Positions 53,106-62,135 of a stretch of 64,000 nucleotides of DNA are shown here, piece by piece. Under the pieces are notes generated by a model that saw only the letters and a program-made list of their open reading frames with translations, made no database searches and was not told the origin of the DNA. The DNA is from an uncultured delta proteobacterium (GTDB taxonomy: Bacteria > Desulfobacterota > Desulfomonilia > UBA1062), in the NCBI GenBank assembly GCA_963752595.1, contig CAVVYZ010000002.1:96001-160000 (forward strand), read 5' to 3'. Position numbers and translations under genes: made by a program. Numbering within the stretch: position 1 is the stretch's first letter; each line of letters begins with the position of its first letter.

Positions 53106-54783
53106 GCAGGTCCTTCAAGACATGCAGCTCGTCGATGAAGCCGGGCTGAACAAGGCGAGAACCATGCAGAAGGAGAAGGCCCTGCCTCTCCATGACGCCC
53201 TGCTTGCCTCCGGGGTGCTCAGCGATCACGATATACTGCAGGCCCTTGCTAGGTTGTGGAATATTCCGCTTCTGAGCAGGATCGAAGAGATCGAGGTAGA
53301 CCCCTCCATTATCGATGTCCTGCCCATATCGTTCCTCAGAAAATATACCATGCTCCCCGTAAAGCTTCATGAAGGAGTCCTGATCGTCGCCGTGAACGAT
53401 CCGACCGACCAGGAGCCGTTATTCGATATCGCCAAGATCCTGGGTATCAAAGAAATCAAGCGCGTGCTCACTCCCAAGCAGGAGATCCTCAGCGCGATCA
53501 ACAGGCTCGTGGACATGAAGAACGAGAGCGCCAAAGATATCATGGAAGACATGGAGGAAGAAGACGACGAGATCCTTAAGGATCTCGAAAGCATCCAGGA
53601 TATCACCCTCATGGAGACCGAGGCGCCGATCATCCGGATGGTAAACCGGCTCATGGTCCAGGCATACAAGGAGCGGGCTTCCGATATCCACGTAGAGCCC
53701 TATCAGACGGATGTGAAGGTCCGGTATCGTATCGACGGCATCCTCCATGACGTCATTACCCTTCCCAAGAGGATCCATTCATCCGTGGTATCCCGCATCA
53801 AGATCATGGCATCGCTCAACATCGCCGAGAAGAGGCTTCCCCAGGACGGCAGGATCGGCATCAGGCTCGGCGACCATTCCATCGACTTGCGAATATCCGT
53901 GGTTCCTACGGTAAACGGGGAGCGGGTGGTCATGAGGATACTCGACAAGTCCAGCGTGCTGTACGGGCTCGAGGAGCTCGGCTTTTATCCGGATGACCTT
54001 GCCATGATGGAGCGTCTCATCCGGCAGGAGCACGGCATCATTTTGGTTACGGGCCCCACCGGCTCGGGCAAAACAACCTCGCTGTACTCCATGCTGAGCA
54101 AGATCAATTCGCCGGACAAAAACATCCTCACCATCGAGGATCCCATCGAGTATCAGCTCAAAGGGATCGGGCAGATCCCGGTGAACACCAAGGTGGGGCT
54201 CACCTTTGCCTCCGGCCTTCGTTCCATCGTACGGCAGGACCCTGACGTGATCCTCGTGGGGGAAATCCGTGACCTGGAGACCGCGGAGATCGCCATCCAG
54301 GCAGCCTTGACAGGCCATCTCGTCTTTTCCACGCTCCATACCAACGATTCGTCCAGTGCAGTCACGAGGCTGATCGATATGGGCATAGAGCCTTTTCTCG
54401 TAACCTCTTCCGTGAATGCCATCGTTGCCCAGAGGCTCGCCCGGGAGATCTGCTCTTCATGCAAGCAGGAATACTATCCCGAGGATGAGAGCCTTCTGGA
54501 GATAGGCCTTTCCAAAGAAATGCTTGCCCGTGATGGATTTCTCTACAGAGGAGCCGGGTGCAGCGAATGTCTCGGAACAGGCTACAAAGGCAGGACCGGG
54601 TTATACGAGATCCTGCTCATGAGCGACACCATCAAGAGTACGATATTGAAGTCTTCGGATTCGAACATCATCAAGAATACGGCCGTTCAGGAAGGCCTGC
54701 ACACACTGCGCCAGGATGGCGCCCGGAAGGTCGAGGACGGCCATACCACAATCGAAGAGGTCTTACGGGTAACCCAGCAGTAA
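53086..54783 (+). CDS. gspE: Type II secretion ATPase E
   Basis: [44 protein letters not shown] and CxxC...CxxC. Confidence 0.93.
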   Translation: MKIPSLEQVLQDMQLVDEAGLNKARTMQKEKALPLHDALLASGVLSDHDILQALARLWNIPLLSRIEEIEVDPSIIDVLPISFLRKYTMLPVKLHEGVLIVAVNDPTDQEPLFDIAKILGIKEIKRVLTPKQEILSAINRLVDMKNESAKDIMEDMEEEDDEILKDLESIQDITLMETEAPIIRMVNRLMVQAYKERASDIHVEPYQTDVKVRYRIDGILHDVITLPKRIHSSVVSRIKIMASLNIAEKRLPQDGRIGIRLGDHSIDLRISVVPTVNGERVVMRILDKSSVLYGLEELGFYPDDLAMMERLIRQEHGIILVTGPTGSGKTTSLYSMLSKINSPDKNILTIEDPIEYQLKGIGQIPVNTKVGLTFASGLRSIVRQDPDVILVGEIRDLETAEIAIQAALTGHLVFSTLHTNDSSSAVTRLIDMGIEPFLVTSSVNAIVAQRLAREICSSCKQEYYPEDESLLEIGLSKEMLARDGFLYRGAGCSECLGTGYKGRTGLYEILLMSDTIKSTILKSSDSNIIKNTAVQEGLHTLRQDGARKVEDGHTTIEEVLRVTQQ

Positions 54784-56138
54784 TGGCAAAACAGAAACGG
54801 ATCTATCGCTGTTCTTCCTGCGGTCAGCTTCACACCCAGTGGATGGGAAAATGCACTCAGTGCAACGAGTGGAACACCCTGGCCGAGGATATTGTCTCGG
54901 GCACGAAAAGCTCTCCCTCCGAGGGCTCCAGGAAAAGCAAGCCCATCCCGTTAAGCGCGGTTACCGCTTCACCTTCCATGAGAAGGAAATGCGGGATCGA
55001 TGAACTGGACCGCGTCCTCGGCGGGGGCGTGGTCGAAGGGTCGCTCGTGCTCATCGGTGGAGACCCTGGAATCGGGAAATCGACCATCATGCTCCAGATG
55101 GCCAACAACCTTTCCATAACGGGTTTGCACGTTCTCTATGTAAGCGGAGAGGAGTCCGCGGTCCAGATCAAGATGAGAAGCGAGCGTCTCGGGGTCGTAT
55201 CCGAAAATATCCTGATCTATTCCGAAGTAGTCTTAGAAGAGATCCGCGAACAAGTTATAGCTTTACGGCCCGACGTGGTCATTCTCGACTCCATTCAATC
55301 CGTGTTCTCATCACAGATCGATGCGCCCCCCGGCAGCGTTTCGCAGATTCGCGAAAGTGCAGGCGTCTTTATGGAGATCGCGAAAGGCATGAACACCGTG
55401 GTCTTCGTCGTAGGCCATGTGACGAAGGAGGGATGGATAGCCGGGCCCAAGATGCTGGAGCACATGGTCGATACCGTGCTCTATTTTGAAGGCGATACCT
55501 CCGGGGTGTACCGGATATTGCGTGCGGTGAAGAACCGGTTCGGGACATCCGGAGAAATCGGTGTGTTTGAGATGAAGTCGGCCGGCCTTGAAGAAGTGCA
55601 CGATCCATCATCCATCTTTATCAACGGATTGGGAGGCGATGTGGCTGGGAGCTCCATCATGGGCGCAATCGAAGGGAGCCGGGCGCTCCTGGTAGAAGTT
55701 CAGGCCCTGGTGAGCAGGACGAGCTACAGCATGCCGAAGCGCATATCCATAGGGTCCGACCAGTCCCGGATGTCGGTGCTTCTGGCAGTGATGGAAAAGC
55801 GTGCCGGCGTGTTCCTGTCCAATTCGGACGTAGTTGTCAATATCGCAGGCGGGATCAAGGTAAGTGAACCTGCGGTCGATCTCGCCGTTTTTATGGCAAT
55901 CGCCTCAAGCGCCCTGGATAAGCCTTTGAAGAAGGGAACGGTCTGCATGGGAGAAATCGGGCTGAACGGCGAACTGCGGCCTGTGAACCACATGGAATCG
56001 AGGCTCAAGGAAGCCATCCGGATGGGATTCTCCCATGCGCTCATTCCTTCATCCAATCTCGATTCTCTTGGCGTGCTCAAAGGAATCAAACCCATTGCCC
56101 TGACTCACGTCCGTGAAGCACTGACAATTTTTTCCTGA
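54783..56138 (+). CDS. radA: DNA repair protein RadA/Sms
   Basis: CSSCG..KCTQC, GDPGIGKST, YVSGEES and KNRFG. Start overlaps the gspE stop (TAATG). Confidence 0.96.
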   Translation: MAKQKRIYRCSSCGQLHTQWMGKCTQCNEWNTLAEDIVSGTKSSPSEGSRKSKPIPLSAVTASPSMRRKCGIDELDRVLGGGVVEGSLVLIGGDPGIGKSTIMLQMANNLSITGLHVLYVSGEESAVQIKMRSERLGVVSENILIYSEVVLEEIREQVIALRPDVVILDSIQSVFSSQIDAPPGSVSQIRESAGVFMEIAKGMNTVVFVVGHVTKEGWIAGPKMLEHMVDTVLYFEGDTSGVYRILRAVKNRFGTSGEIGVFEMKSAGLEEVHDPSSIFINGLGGDVAGSSIMGAIEGSRALLVEVQALVSRTSYSMPKRISIGSDQSRMSVLLAVMEKRAGVFLSNSDVVVNIAGGIKVSEPAVDLAVFMAIASSALDKPLKKGTVCMGEIGLNGELRPVNHMESRLKEAIRMGFSHALIPSSNLDSLGVLKGIKPIALTHVREALTIFS

Positions 56139-56236
56139 TGCATATTTATTAAGTTCATCAAGGTCCGTAAAACCATCGATATCCCTTGTTTCAGCCATGT
56201 TAAGCCTTATGTATATATTAAAGAACGGGAAGCGTT

Positions 56237-56602
56237 ATGACGATAGTTTTGGATATGAGACGATACAATGTTTACACATTCATGCCGGGCATGGGAAGAT
56301 ACGAGATCATCAAAGAAAACCAGAAACAGTCCGGACGATCAGAAGAGGATTACTGGAATGAATGTTTTTCCTGGGAAGACTTAAAAAAAATCGTCCCGTT
56401 TTTGCGATCTCAGGGATGGAAGGTAACCATCGAACCATTGATCAGAGAAGATGCGTTCGGTAAAATACACATTTTTTCGTTCACTTATGGTATCAACCAT
56501 GATTTCAGGATCTTGAATATATCAGGAATACGGGTCATCATAGCCCGGGATTTCGGTATCCACAGATCATTAAAAGAGTCTTTTAATCCAATAGGGTATT
56601 GA
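56237..56602 (+). CDS. Hypothetical protein
   Basis: Only substantial ORF in the gap; no recognisable motif; start uncertain. Confidence 0.4.
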   Translation: MTIVLDMRRYNVYTFMPGMGRYEIIKENQKQSGRSEEDYWNECFSWEDLKKIVPFLRSQGWKVTIEPLIREDAFGKIHIFSFTYGINHDFRILNISGIRVIIARDFGIHRSLKESFNPIGY

Positions 56603-56671
56603 CTTCTCCCTACTACGGTATTAATAATTTTATATAGTTATACTAAGTAGTGTTTTTCAAAGGAGGGTTAC

Positions 56672-56962
56672 ATGAGTACCTTAACCAAGAGCGGAATTAT
56701 TGACGAAATAGTTCTCAATACCGGGCTTTCCCGAAAAGAAGCGAGCGACGGGATCGAGACGTTTATTGAGGTTGTTAAGGAGACCCTTGAGAAAGGAGAC
56801 CCTGTGAGCATTTCCGGTTTCGGAAAATGGAAGGTCAGGGGGAAGTCGGCAAGGAGAGGCCGGAATCCCAAGACAGCCGAAGAGATCACGATATCTCCCC
56901 GTACAGTGGTTACCTTTTCCTTATCGAATGTGCTGAGGTCGAAGCTTTCAGGTAGGGATTAA
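56672..56962 (+). CDS. ihfA: Integration host factor alpha subunit
   Basis: LTK..I, V.ISGFG, RRGRNPKT.E.I.I.PR.VVTF..S..L; AGGAGG RBS. Confidence 0.88.
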   Translation: MSTLTKSGIIDEIVLNTGLSRKEASDGIETFIEVVKETLEKGDPVSISGFGKWKVRGKSARRGRNPKTAEEITISPRTVVTFSLSNVLRSKLSGRD

Positions 56963-57229
56963 ACTAAAAAAGAAAAGTTATTACCCACCAAGAACATGGA
57001 GGAACGCAAATTACGGTTCCTTCTTCACAGGATCAGCGTGTTAATACCTATTCCCCGTACGCTTTATGCCTGGTAAGTCAAAGCCGGGCAAGCTGCCATA
57101 CTGGGGAGCTATTGATTTCTTATCGGAAGGAAAACAGAACCCGGAGAACATCTGATCGGAAAAACACCGATGCCCTCCGGATATGAAAAGCTCTTGTTAA
57201 AAAATCTGCAAGAGCAAAAGCGAGTAGGT

Positions 57230-57253
57230 ATATAAAGCCCTATAGTAAGGGCT
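57230..57253 (-). terminator. Possible terminator of the ferredoxin gene
   Basis: AGCCCT/AGGGCT stem followed by TTTATA on the minus strand. Confidence 0.4.
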
Positions 57254-57263
57254 GGACTGTCTC

Positions 57264-57437
57264 TTATTCCCCGGGCTCTATTGCATCGGTTGGACAGACG
57301 TCGGCGCAGGCACCGCAGTCTGTGCAGAGTTCAGGATCAATGGTATACTTATCATCACCCTCGCTGATAGCCTCGGCAGGACATTCATCGATGCAGGTAC
57401 CACAACAAATACATTCATCGGTAATTACATAAGCCAT
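57264..57437 (-). CDS. fdx: 2[4Fe-4S] ferredoxin
   Basis: MAYVITDECICCGTCIDECP ... CTDCGACADVCP; AGGAG RBS. Confidence 0.95.
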   Translation of the reverse strand: MAYVITDECICCGTCIDECPAEAISEGDDKYTIDPELCTDCGACADVCPTDAIEPGE

Positions 57438-57623
57438 TGTTGCTCTCCTTTCCATATATTCTGCAAGGTTGGTATAGAAATTATTGATAAATGGCAAGTC
57501 TTTTTTTGTGTTTTTCATACACATATGGTATCTCCGGGGAGCCGGTGAAATGAACGTCCCTCCCGGCCGTCAAGGAAGCTTGCCTTGAGATGAGGCAAAG
57601 AATACCAAGAAGGCGGTGGTGCG

Positions 57624-58091
57624 ATGGATCCCCTCATAAAGAATCTCAGATCTCGATCGTATTTCTTCGACGAGGGCATTAGATTTGAATGTCAGAAGTG
57701 CGGCACGTGCTGTACAGGAGAACCTGGCGTCATCTATGTAGATGAAGAAGAGATAACCCGTATTGCAGACCATATCGAGATCCCCCGGGATGTATTCGTG
57801 GAGCGGTGCCTTTATCTTCTCAAGGAGAGCTACAGCATCAGGGAGACCAATGACGGGAGGTGCATATTCTTTGAGAACGGCTGCGCCATATATCCTGTCC
57901 GGCCCCTGCAGTGCAGCACCTTCCCGTTCTGGTTCCAGAACATGCGTTCTCCCGATTCATGGGAGAGCGTTGTCCTTAAATGTCCGGGTATCGGGAGAGG
58001 GCCGGTTCATTCAAAGGATCACATCCTCGATAGCATCGGACAGAGCTATCCCATCTATAAAACCCTGGTGAAAGAGGTCATCCTGGAATAG
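57624..58091 (+). CDS. YkgJ / UPF0153 Cys-cluster protein
   Basis: CQKCGTCC, CIFF...C.IY.VRP.QC.TFPFW and CPG. Confidence 0.88.
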   Translation: MDPLIKNLRSRSYFFDEGIRFECQKCGTCCTGEPGVIYVDEEEITRIADHIEIPRDVFVERCLYLLKESYSIRETNDGRCIFFENGCAIYPVRPLQCSTFPFWFQNMRSPDSWESVVLKCPGIGRGPVHSKDHILDSIGQSYPIYKTLVKEVILE

Positions 58092-58173
58092 CCCTGCTTT
58101 TGTGAACTTGGGTAGGAAACATTGAAGCACTATTATTGATAGTGTAGCCACCCAGTTTGCCAAGGGGGATGTC

Positions 58174-59544
58174 ATGGACCTGAAACCGCTGTTCGAACCG
58201 GAGTCACTGGCAGTTATCGGTGTATCTCTGCATAACGATATGCACCCCTCGAATATCATTTTTTATAAGAACCTCTACCGCTACCCTGTGGAGACATATC
58301 CGGTTAACCCCAAGGCCGGGGTGTTGAAGGGGGAAACGGCTTATCCGAGCGTGAAGGATATTCCCCACCATGTGGATCTGGCGATCATCTCTGCACGGGC
58401 AGAGGCTGTTCCAGGGATATTCGAGAATTGCATAGAATCAGGAGTCAAGGGGGCTGTCATCATCTCAGGGGGGTTTGCAGAAGTCGGGAATGTGGAATCC
58501 CAGAACCGCATCGTCGGCATTGCCAGAGAGGCTGACTTCCCCTTTATCGGACCGAACTGCCTGGGTATCTATTCCCCGGCGTACTACGACAGCTTCTTCT
58601 TTGCACCGGAACGCTTCAGCATCCCGAAAATGGGCAACGTTGCGATGATCAGCCAGAGCGGAGGCCTTCTCATGGATCAGATGATCGGTTTCTCTGTCGA
58701 AGGCGTGGGGCTCTCTCTTGCGATAAGCACCGGAAACAAGGCCCTTGTCAGGGAAGTCGAATTGCTGGACTATCTTGAAAAAGACGGCCACACGAAGGTA
58801 ATCTGCCTGTATGTCGAGGGGTTCAAGGAAGACGAGGGCCGTGAGTTCCTGGAAAAGGCAAACCTATGCAGAAAACCCATTATCCTGTTAAAGGCGGGTA
58901 AGAGTCCCGGGGGCAGCAAAGCTGTATCGAGCCACACCGCATCACTGGCAGGGGATTACCGGGTGTTCTCCTCACTGCTGAAACAAAGCGGGATCGTGGA
59001 GGCAAAGGACCCCTCCGAGCTCATGTACTTCAGTGAGGCCTTGAGTGCTTACCAGACCCCGATAAAGGGCAATATCAGCATTGTTACTCTAAGCGGCGGG
59101 CATGGCGCCCTTGCGACGGATCTCTGCTATGAGTACGGGATAAACGTTCCGGCATTCAAGCCGTATGAGCAGGATATGATACGCCAGAGGTTAAAACCCG
59201 CAATCGCTTCCATTGCTACGTGCGTCAATCCGGTTGATCTGACCGGGACCTCGACGGATGATGATTATGTCGAGGCCGCCCGGGTAATCGGTTCTTTTCA
59301 AGAGATCGACTGCCTCCTGATGCTCCTCCTGCCATATGCTCCGGGATTGTCATCCGATCTCGGTGCACGCTTGAGCATAGTCAGCCGGCAGATTGCAAAA
59401 CCCATGATTGCCTATGTGCCGAGGCTTGAAAGATACCGTATGCTTGTGGAAGGTTTCGAAATCTACGGGGTGCCTGTTGCACACACTGTCGAAGCAGCCG
59501 TACAGATGGCTGTCGCACTATCGAGTTACCGGAAAAGATCGTGA
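58174..59544 (+). CDS. ADP-forming acyl-CoA synthetase alpha-like subunit (CoA-binding)
   Basis: LFEP.S.AVIG.S, GGFAE, GPNCLG, SQSG, SHTASLAG (phospho-His) and NPVD. Confidence 0.88.
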   Translation: MDLKPLFEPESLAVIGVSLHNDMHPSNIIFYKNLYRYPVETYPVNPKAGVLKGETAYPSVKDIPHHVDLAIISARAEAVPGIFENCIESGVKGAVIISGGFAEVGNVESQNRIVGIAREADFPFIGPNCLGIYSPAYYDSFFFAPERFSIPKMGNVAMISQSGGLLMDQMIGFSVEGVGLSLAISTGNKALVREVELLDYLEKDGHTKVICLYVEGFKEDEGREFLEKANLCRKPIILLKAGKSPGGSKAVSSHTASLAGDYRVFSSLLKQSGIVEAKDPSELMYFSEALSAYQTPIKGNISIVTLSGGHGALATDLCYEYGINVPAFKPYEQDMIRQRLKPAIASIATCVNPVDLTGTSTDDDYVEAARVIGSFQEIDCLLMLLLPYAPGLSSDLGARLSIVSRQIAKPMIAYVPRLERYRMLVEGFEIYGVPVAHTVEAAVQMAVALSSYRKRS

Positions 59545-59640
59545 TGGTAAATGACGGAGCCTGCCCCTTTTGACCCTTCAGGCTTGCATAGAAACGATAT
59601 TTATGGAAGAGCATCATTATCTTTTTGAAAGGATAATGAT

Positions 59641-60294
59641 ATGGGCAGCAAAAGGGCAATCATCTTCGATCTCGACGGTACTCTGCTGGACACCTTGTCC
59701 GACATTGCAGACTCCATGAACGAAGTCCTCGCACGCTTTGGTCTCCCCCTTCATGAGCGTGACACCTATCCGGCATTTGTCGGCGGCGGCATTGACGTGC
59801 TCGTATATCGCGCCCTGCCCGAAGACAGGCGTGATGAAGCGACCGTATTCCGGGCTGTAGCCGCGATGAAGGAAGAATATGCCAGGCGGTGGTCGGATAC
59901 ATCCCGGCCATACCCGGGAGTGCCTAAGCTTCTCGATAAGCTTACGCACAAGGGGATAATCCTTGCTGTTCTATCCAACAAATTGGAATCCTTTACCAAA
60001 ACAATGGTCAAGGCCCTCCTCGGATCATGGAACTTCTTTCAGGTGCGGGGGCTTGAATTCGGCAGGTCCAGAAAACCTGACCCTTCGCAGGCCATTGCAA
60101 TCGCTCAGGATATGCATCTTGACCCGGAGCAGATTATCTTTGCAGGGGATTCGGACGTCGATATACAGACAGCCCTCCGGGCCGGCATGTTTCCCGTGGG
60201 TGTTTTGTGGGGCTATCAATCACGTCAACAGCTTATTTCAAGCGGGGCAGGAGTCCTCATTGAAAAGCCCGAGGATCTTCTCGGATATATCTAA
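59641..60294 (+). CDS. HAD family phosphatase (phosphoglycolate phosphatase-like)
   Basis: FDLDGTL.D, SNK, KPDP and GDSDVD. Confidence 0.9.
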   Translation: MGSKRAIIFDLDGTLLDTLSDIADSMNEVLARFGLPLHERDTYPAFVGGGIDVLVYRALPEDRRDEATVFRAVAAMKEEYARRWSDTSRPYPGVPKLLDKLTHKGIILAVLSNKLESFTKTMVKALLGSWNFFQVRGLEFGRSRKPDPSQAIAIAQDMHLDPEQIIFAGDSDVDIQTALRAGMFPVGVLWGYQSRQQLISSGAGVLIEKPEDLLGYI

Positions 60295-60306
60295 AGGAAT
60301 AGGGAA

Positions 60307-62103
60307 ATGTTACCTGATGGAACAATGGGCAGATCCCCTCTGAAGTATGCGCAGGAGATAATCGCGGTTTCGATTCTCGTCCTCGCCGTTGCATGTGTAT
60401 ATGCTCAGGTAGCCGCATTTGACTTCATATCCCTTGATGACAGTACATACGTCAAATACAACCATTCGATATGGGAAGGACTTACGCTGAAAGGCGTTTC
60501 ATGGGCATTCACTTCCATGTATGCTTCCAACTGGCATCCTGCAACCTGGCTTTCTCATATGGCGGACATCCAGCTGTTCGGGTGGCAGCCCGGGATGCAT
60601 CACCTCATGAATGTCTTTTTCCATGCAGCCGGAACAGTGTTGCTGTTCCTCTTCCTTCGCTTCTGCACCGGTGAATGCTGGAGAAGCTTCGGGGTAGCAG
60701 CGCTCTTTGCCCTGCATCCTCTCCATGTAGAATCCGTAGCGTGGATTTCGGAGCGCAAAGATGTCTTGAGCACCTTCTTCTGGATGCTTACCCTGCTGGG
60801 ATATGCCTGGTATGCAAAAAAGCCGAGCTTGCAAAGATACCTGCTCGTAGCGTGCTCCTTTGCCCTCGGCCTCATGGCAAAACCCATGCTGGTGACACTT
60901 CCTTTTGTCTTGCTGCTGCTGGACTACTGGCCCTTGAGAAGGCTGTCGCAGGCGAACGTGTCTTTACCATTGAGAAGAAAGGGCATATGGGCATCCGGCA
61001 TATCCGGGGCCGGCTTGAGGCAGCTTCTTATAGAGAAGATTCCCCTTTTTATCATGGCTGGGGGGTCTAGCATAATAACGTTCACAGCACAGAAAAGCGG
61101 CGGTGCAGTGAACAGCCTTGAAACCGTTCCGGTGTTTTTCAGAATTTCAAATTCCCTTACTTCATATACAGCTTATCTTTTTAAAATGGTATGGCCCGTT
61201 GACCTTGCGGTTTTTTACCCGCTTCCCCATTCCATCAGCCCGCTGTCGGCGGCAGGCGCGTTCGTACTTTTACTCGCCATAACAGCTCTCGTGCTTTGGG
61301 CCCATAAAAAGTTCTCCTATCTTGCCGTGGGATGGTTCTGGTATCTGGGAACACTTGTGCCGGTCATCGGGCTTATCCAGGTTGGTGGACAGTCCATGGC
61401 CGACCGGTACACGTATGTGCCGCTTATCGGGATTTTCATTATGATTACGTGGGGTCTTGGCGATCTTTTCGCCAGATGGCGGTATGGGCAGATGATGCTC
61501 GGTGGAGCTTCTTTACTCCTACTTGTCCTGCTTGTGAGCCTCACCTGGAACCAGGTAGGTACATGGAAGGACAGCATCTCCCTGTTTACTCACGCTATCC
61601 GCATCACCCAAAATAACTATCTTGCTCATCACAACCTGGGATGTGCTTTTTACGAGAAAGGGCGCATGCAGGAGGCAGTAGATCATTATGCTGAAGCGAT
61701 CAGGATATACCCGGATTACGGCCTTGCACATATGAATCTCGCCCTTGCCCTGGAGAAGCAGGGGAAATATAAGGAGGCGCTGAGCCATTATTATAAGGCA
61801 TCAAGTCTGAACCCAAAGTCTGCTCTGTCTCACTATTACATCGGAAAAGGGATATACAAGCTCGGCAACAACCTCAAAGAAGCGCATCGGGAGTTTACCA
61901 AGGCGCTGGTATTGAACCCTCATTATGTTGAAGCATGGAATAATCTCGGCATGTGCTTTACCTTGCAGGGCAAGGTTGAAGAGGGAAAGTTCTGCTACAT
62001 GAAGGCATTAAGAATTAATCCTGATTTTTATCCCGCTAGGGTCAATCTTGCCGGCCTGCTGAAAAGACAAAAGCATGCACATAAAGTGTTCCCGCCCCGT
62101 TAA
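60307..62103 (+). CDS. TMTC-like polytopic membrane glycosyltransferase (GT-C) with C-terminal TPRs
   Basis: DF..LDD..YV, NWHP.TWLSH, FALHPLHVESVAW.SERKD, MAKP, ADRYTY and W.....LF, followed by TPRs. Confidence 0.8.
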   Translation: MLPDGTMGRSPLKYAQEIIAVSILVLAVACVYAQVAAFDFISLDDSTYVKYNHSIWEGLTLKGVSWAFTSMYASNWHPATWLSHMADIQLFGWQPGMHHLMNVFFHAAGTVLLFLFLRFCTGECWRSFGVAALFALHPLHVESVAWISERKDVLSTFFWMLTLLGYAWYAKKPSLQRYLLVACSFALGLMAKPMLVTLPFVLLLLDYWPLRRLSQANVSLPLRRKGIWASGISGAGLRQLLIEKIPLFIMAGGSSIITFTAQKSGGAVNSLETVPVFFRISNSLTSYTAYLFKMVWPVDLAVFYPLPHSISPLSAAGAFVLLLAITALVLWAHKKFSYLAVGWFWYLGTLVPVIGLIQVGGQSMADRYTYVPLIGIFIMITWGLGDLFARWRYGQMMLGGASLLLLVLLVSLTWNQVGTWKDSISLFTHAIRITQNNYLAHHNLGCAFYEKGRMQEAVDHYAEAIRIYPDYGLAHMNLALALEKQGKYKEALSHYYKASSLNPKSALSHYYIGKGIYKLGNNLKEAHREFTKALVLNPHYVEAWNNLGMCFTLQGKVEEGKFCYMKALRINPDFYPARVNLAGLLKRQKHAHKVFPPR

Positions 62104-62135
62104 GTGAAGCAGGTAGTCGTGGTGAAGAGTTGTTT

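Noticed and set aside
54558-54782. N-terminal extensions in the ORF track (radA 54558; also thyX 8669, Dcd-like 8121, rsmI 34924, CoA-transferase 26612, hup 15951, fdx 57524)
   Set aside because: They overlap neighbouring genes or promoters. Downstream starts match family N-termini, and most have an RBS.
57120-57146. Additional sigma28 -10-like words (TCCGATAA here; TCCGATAT at 63314-63321)
   Set aside because: Neither has a TAAA/TAAG-like -35 at 15-nt spacing.
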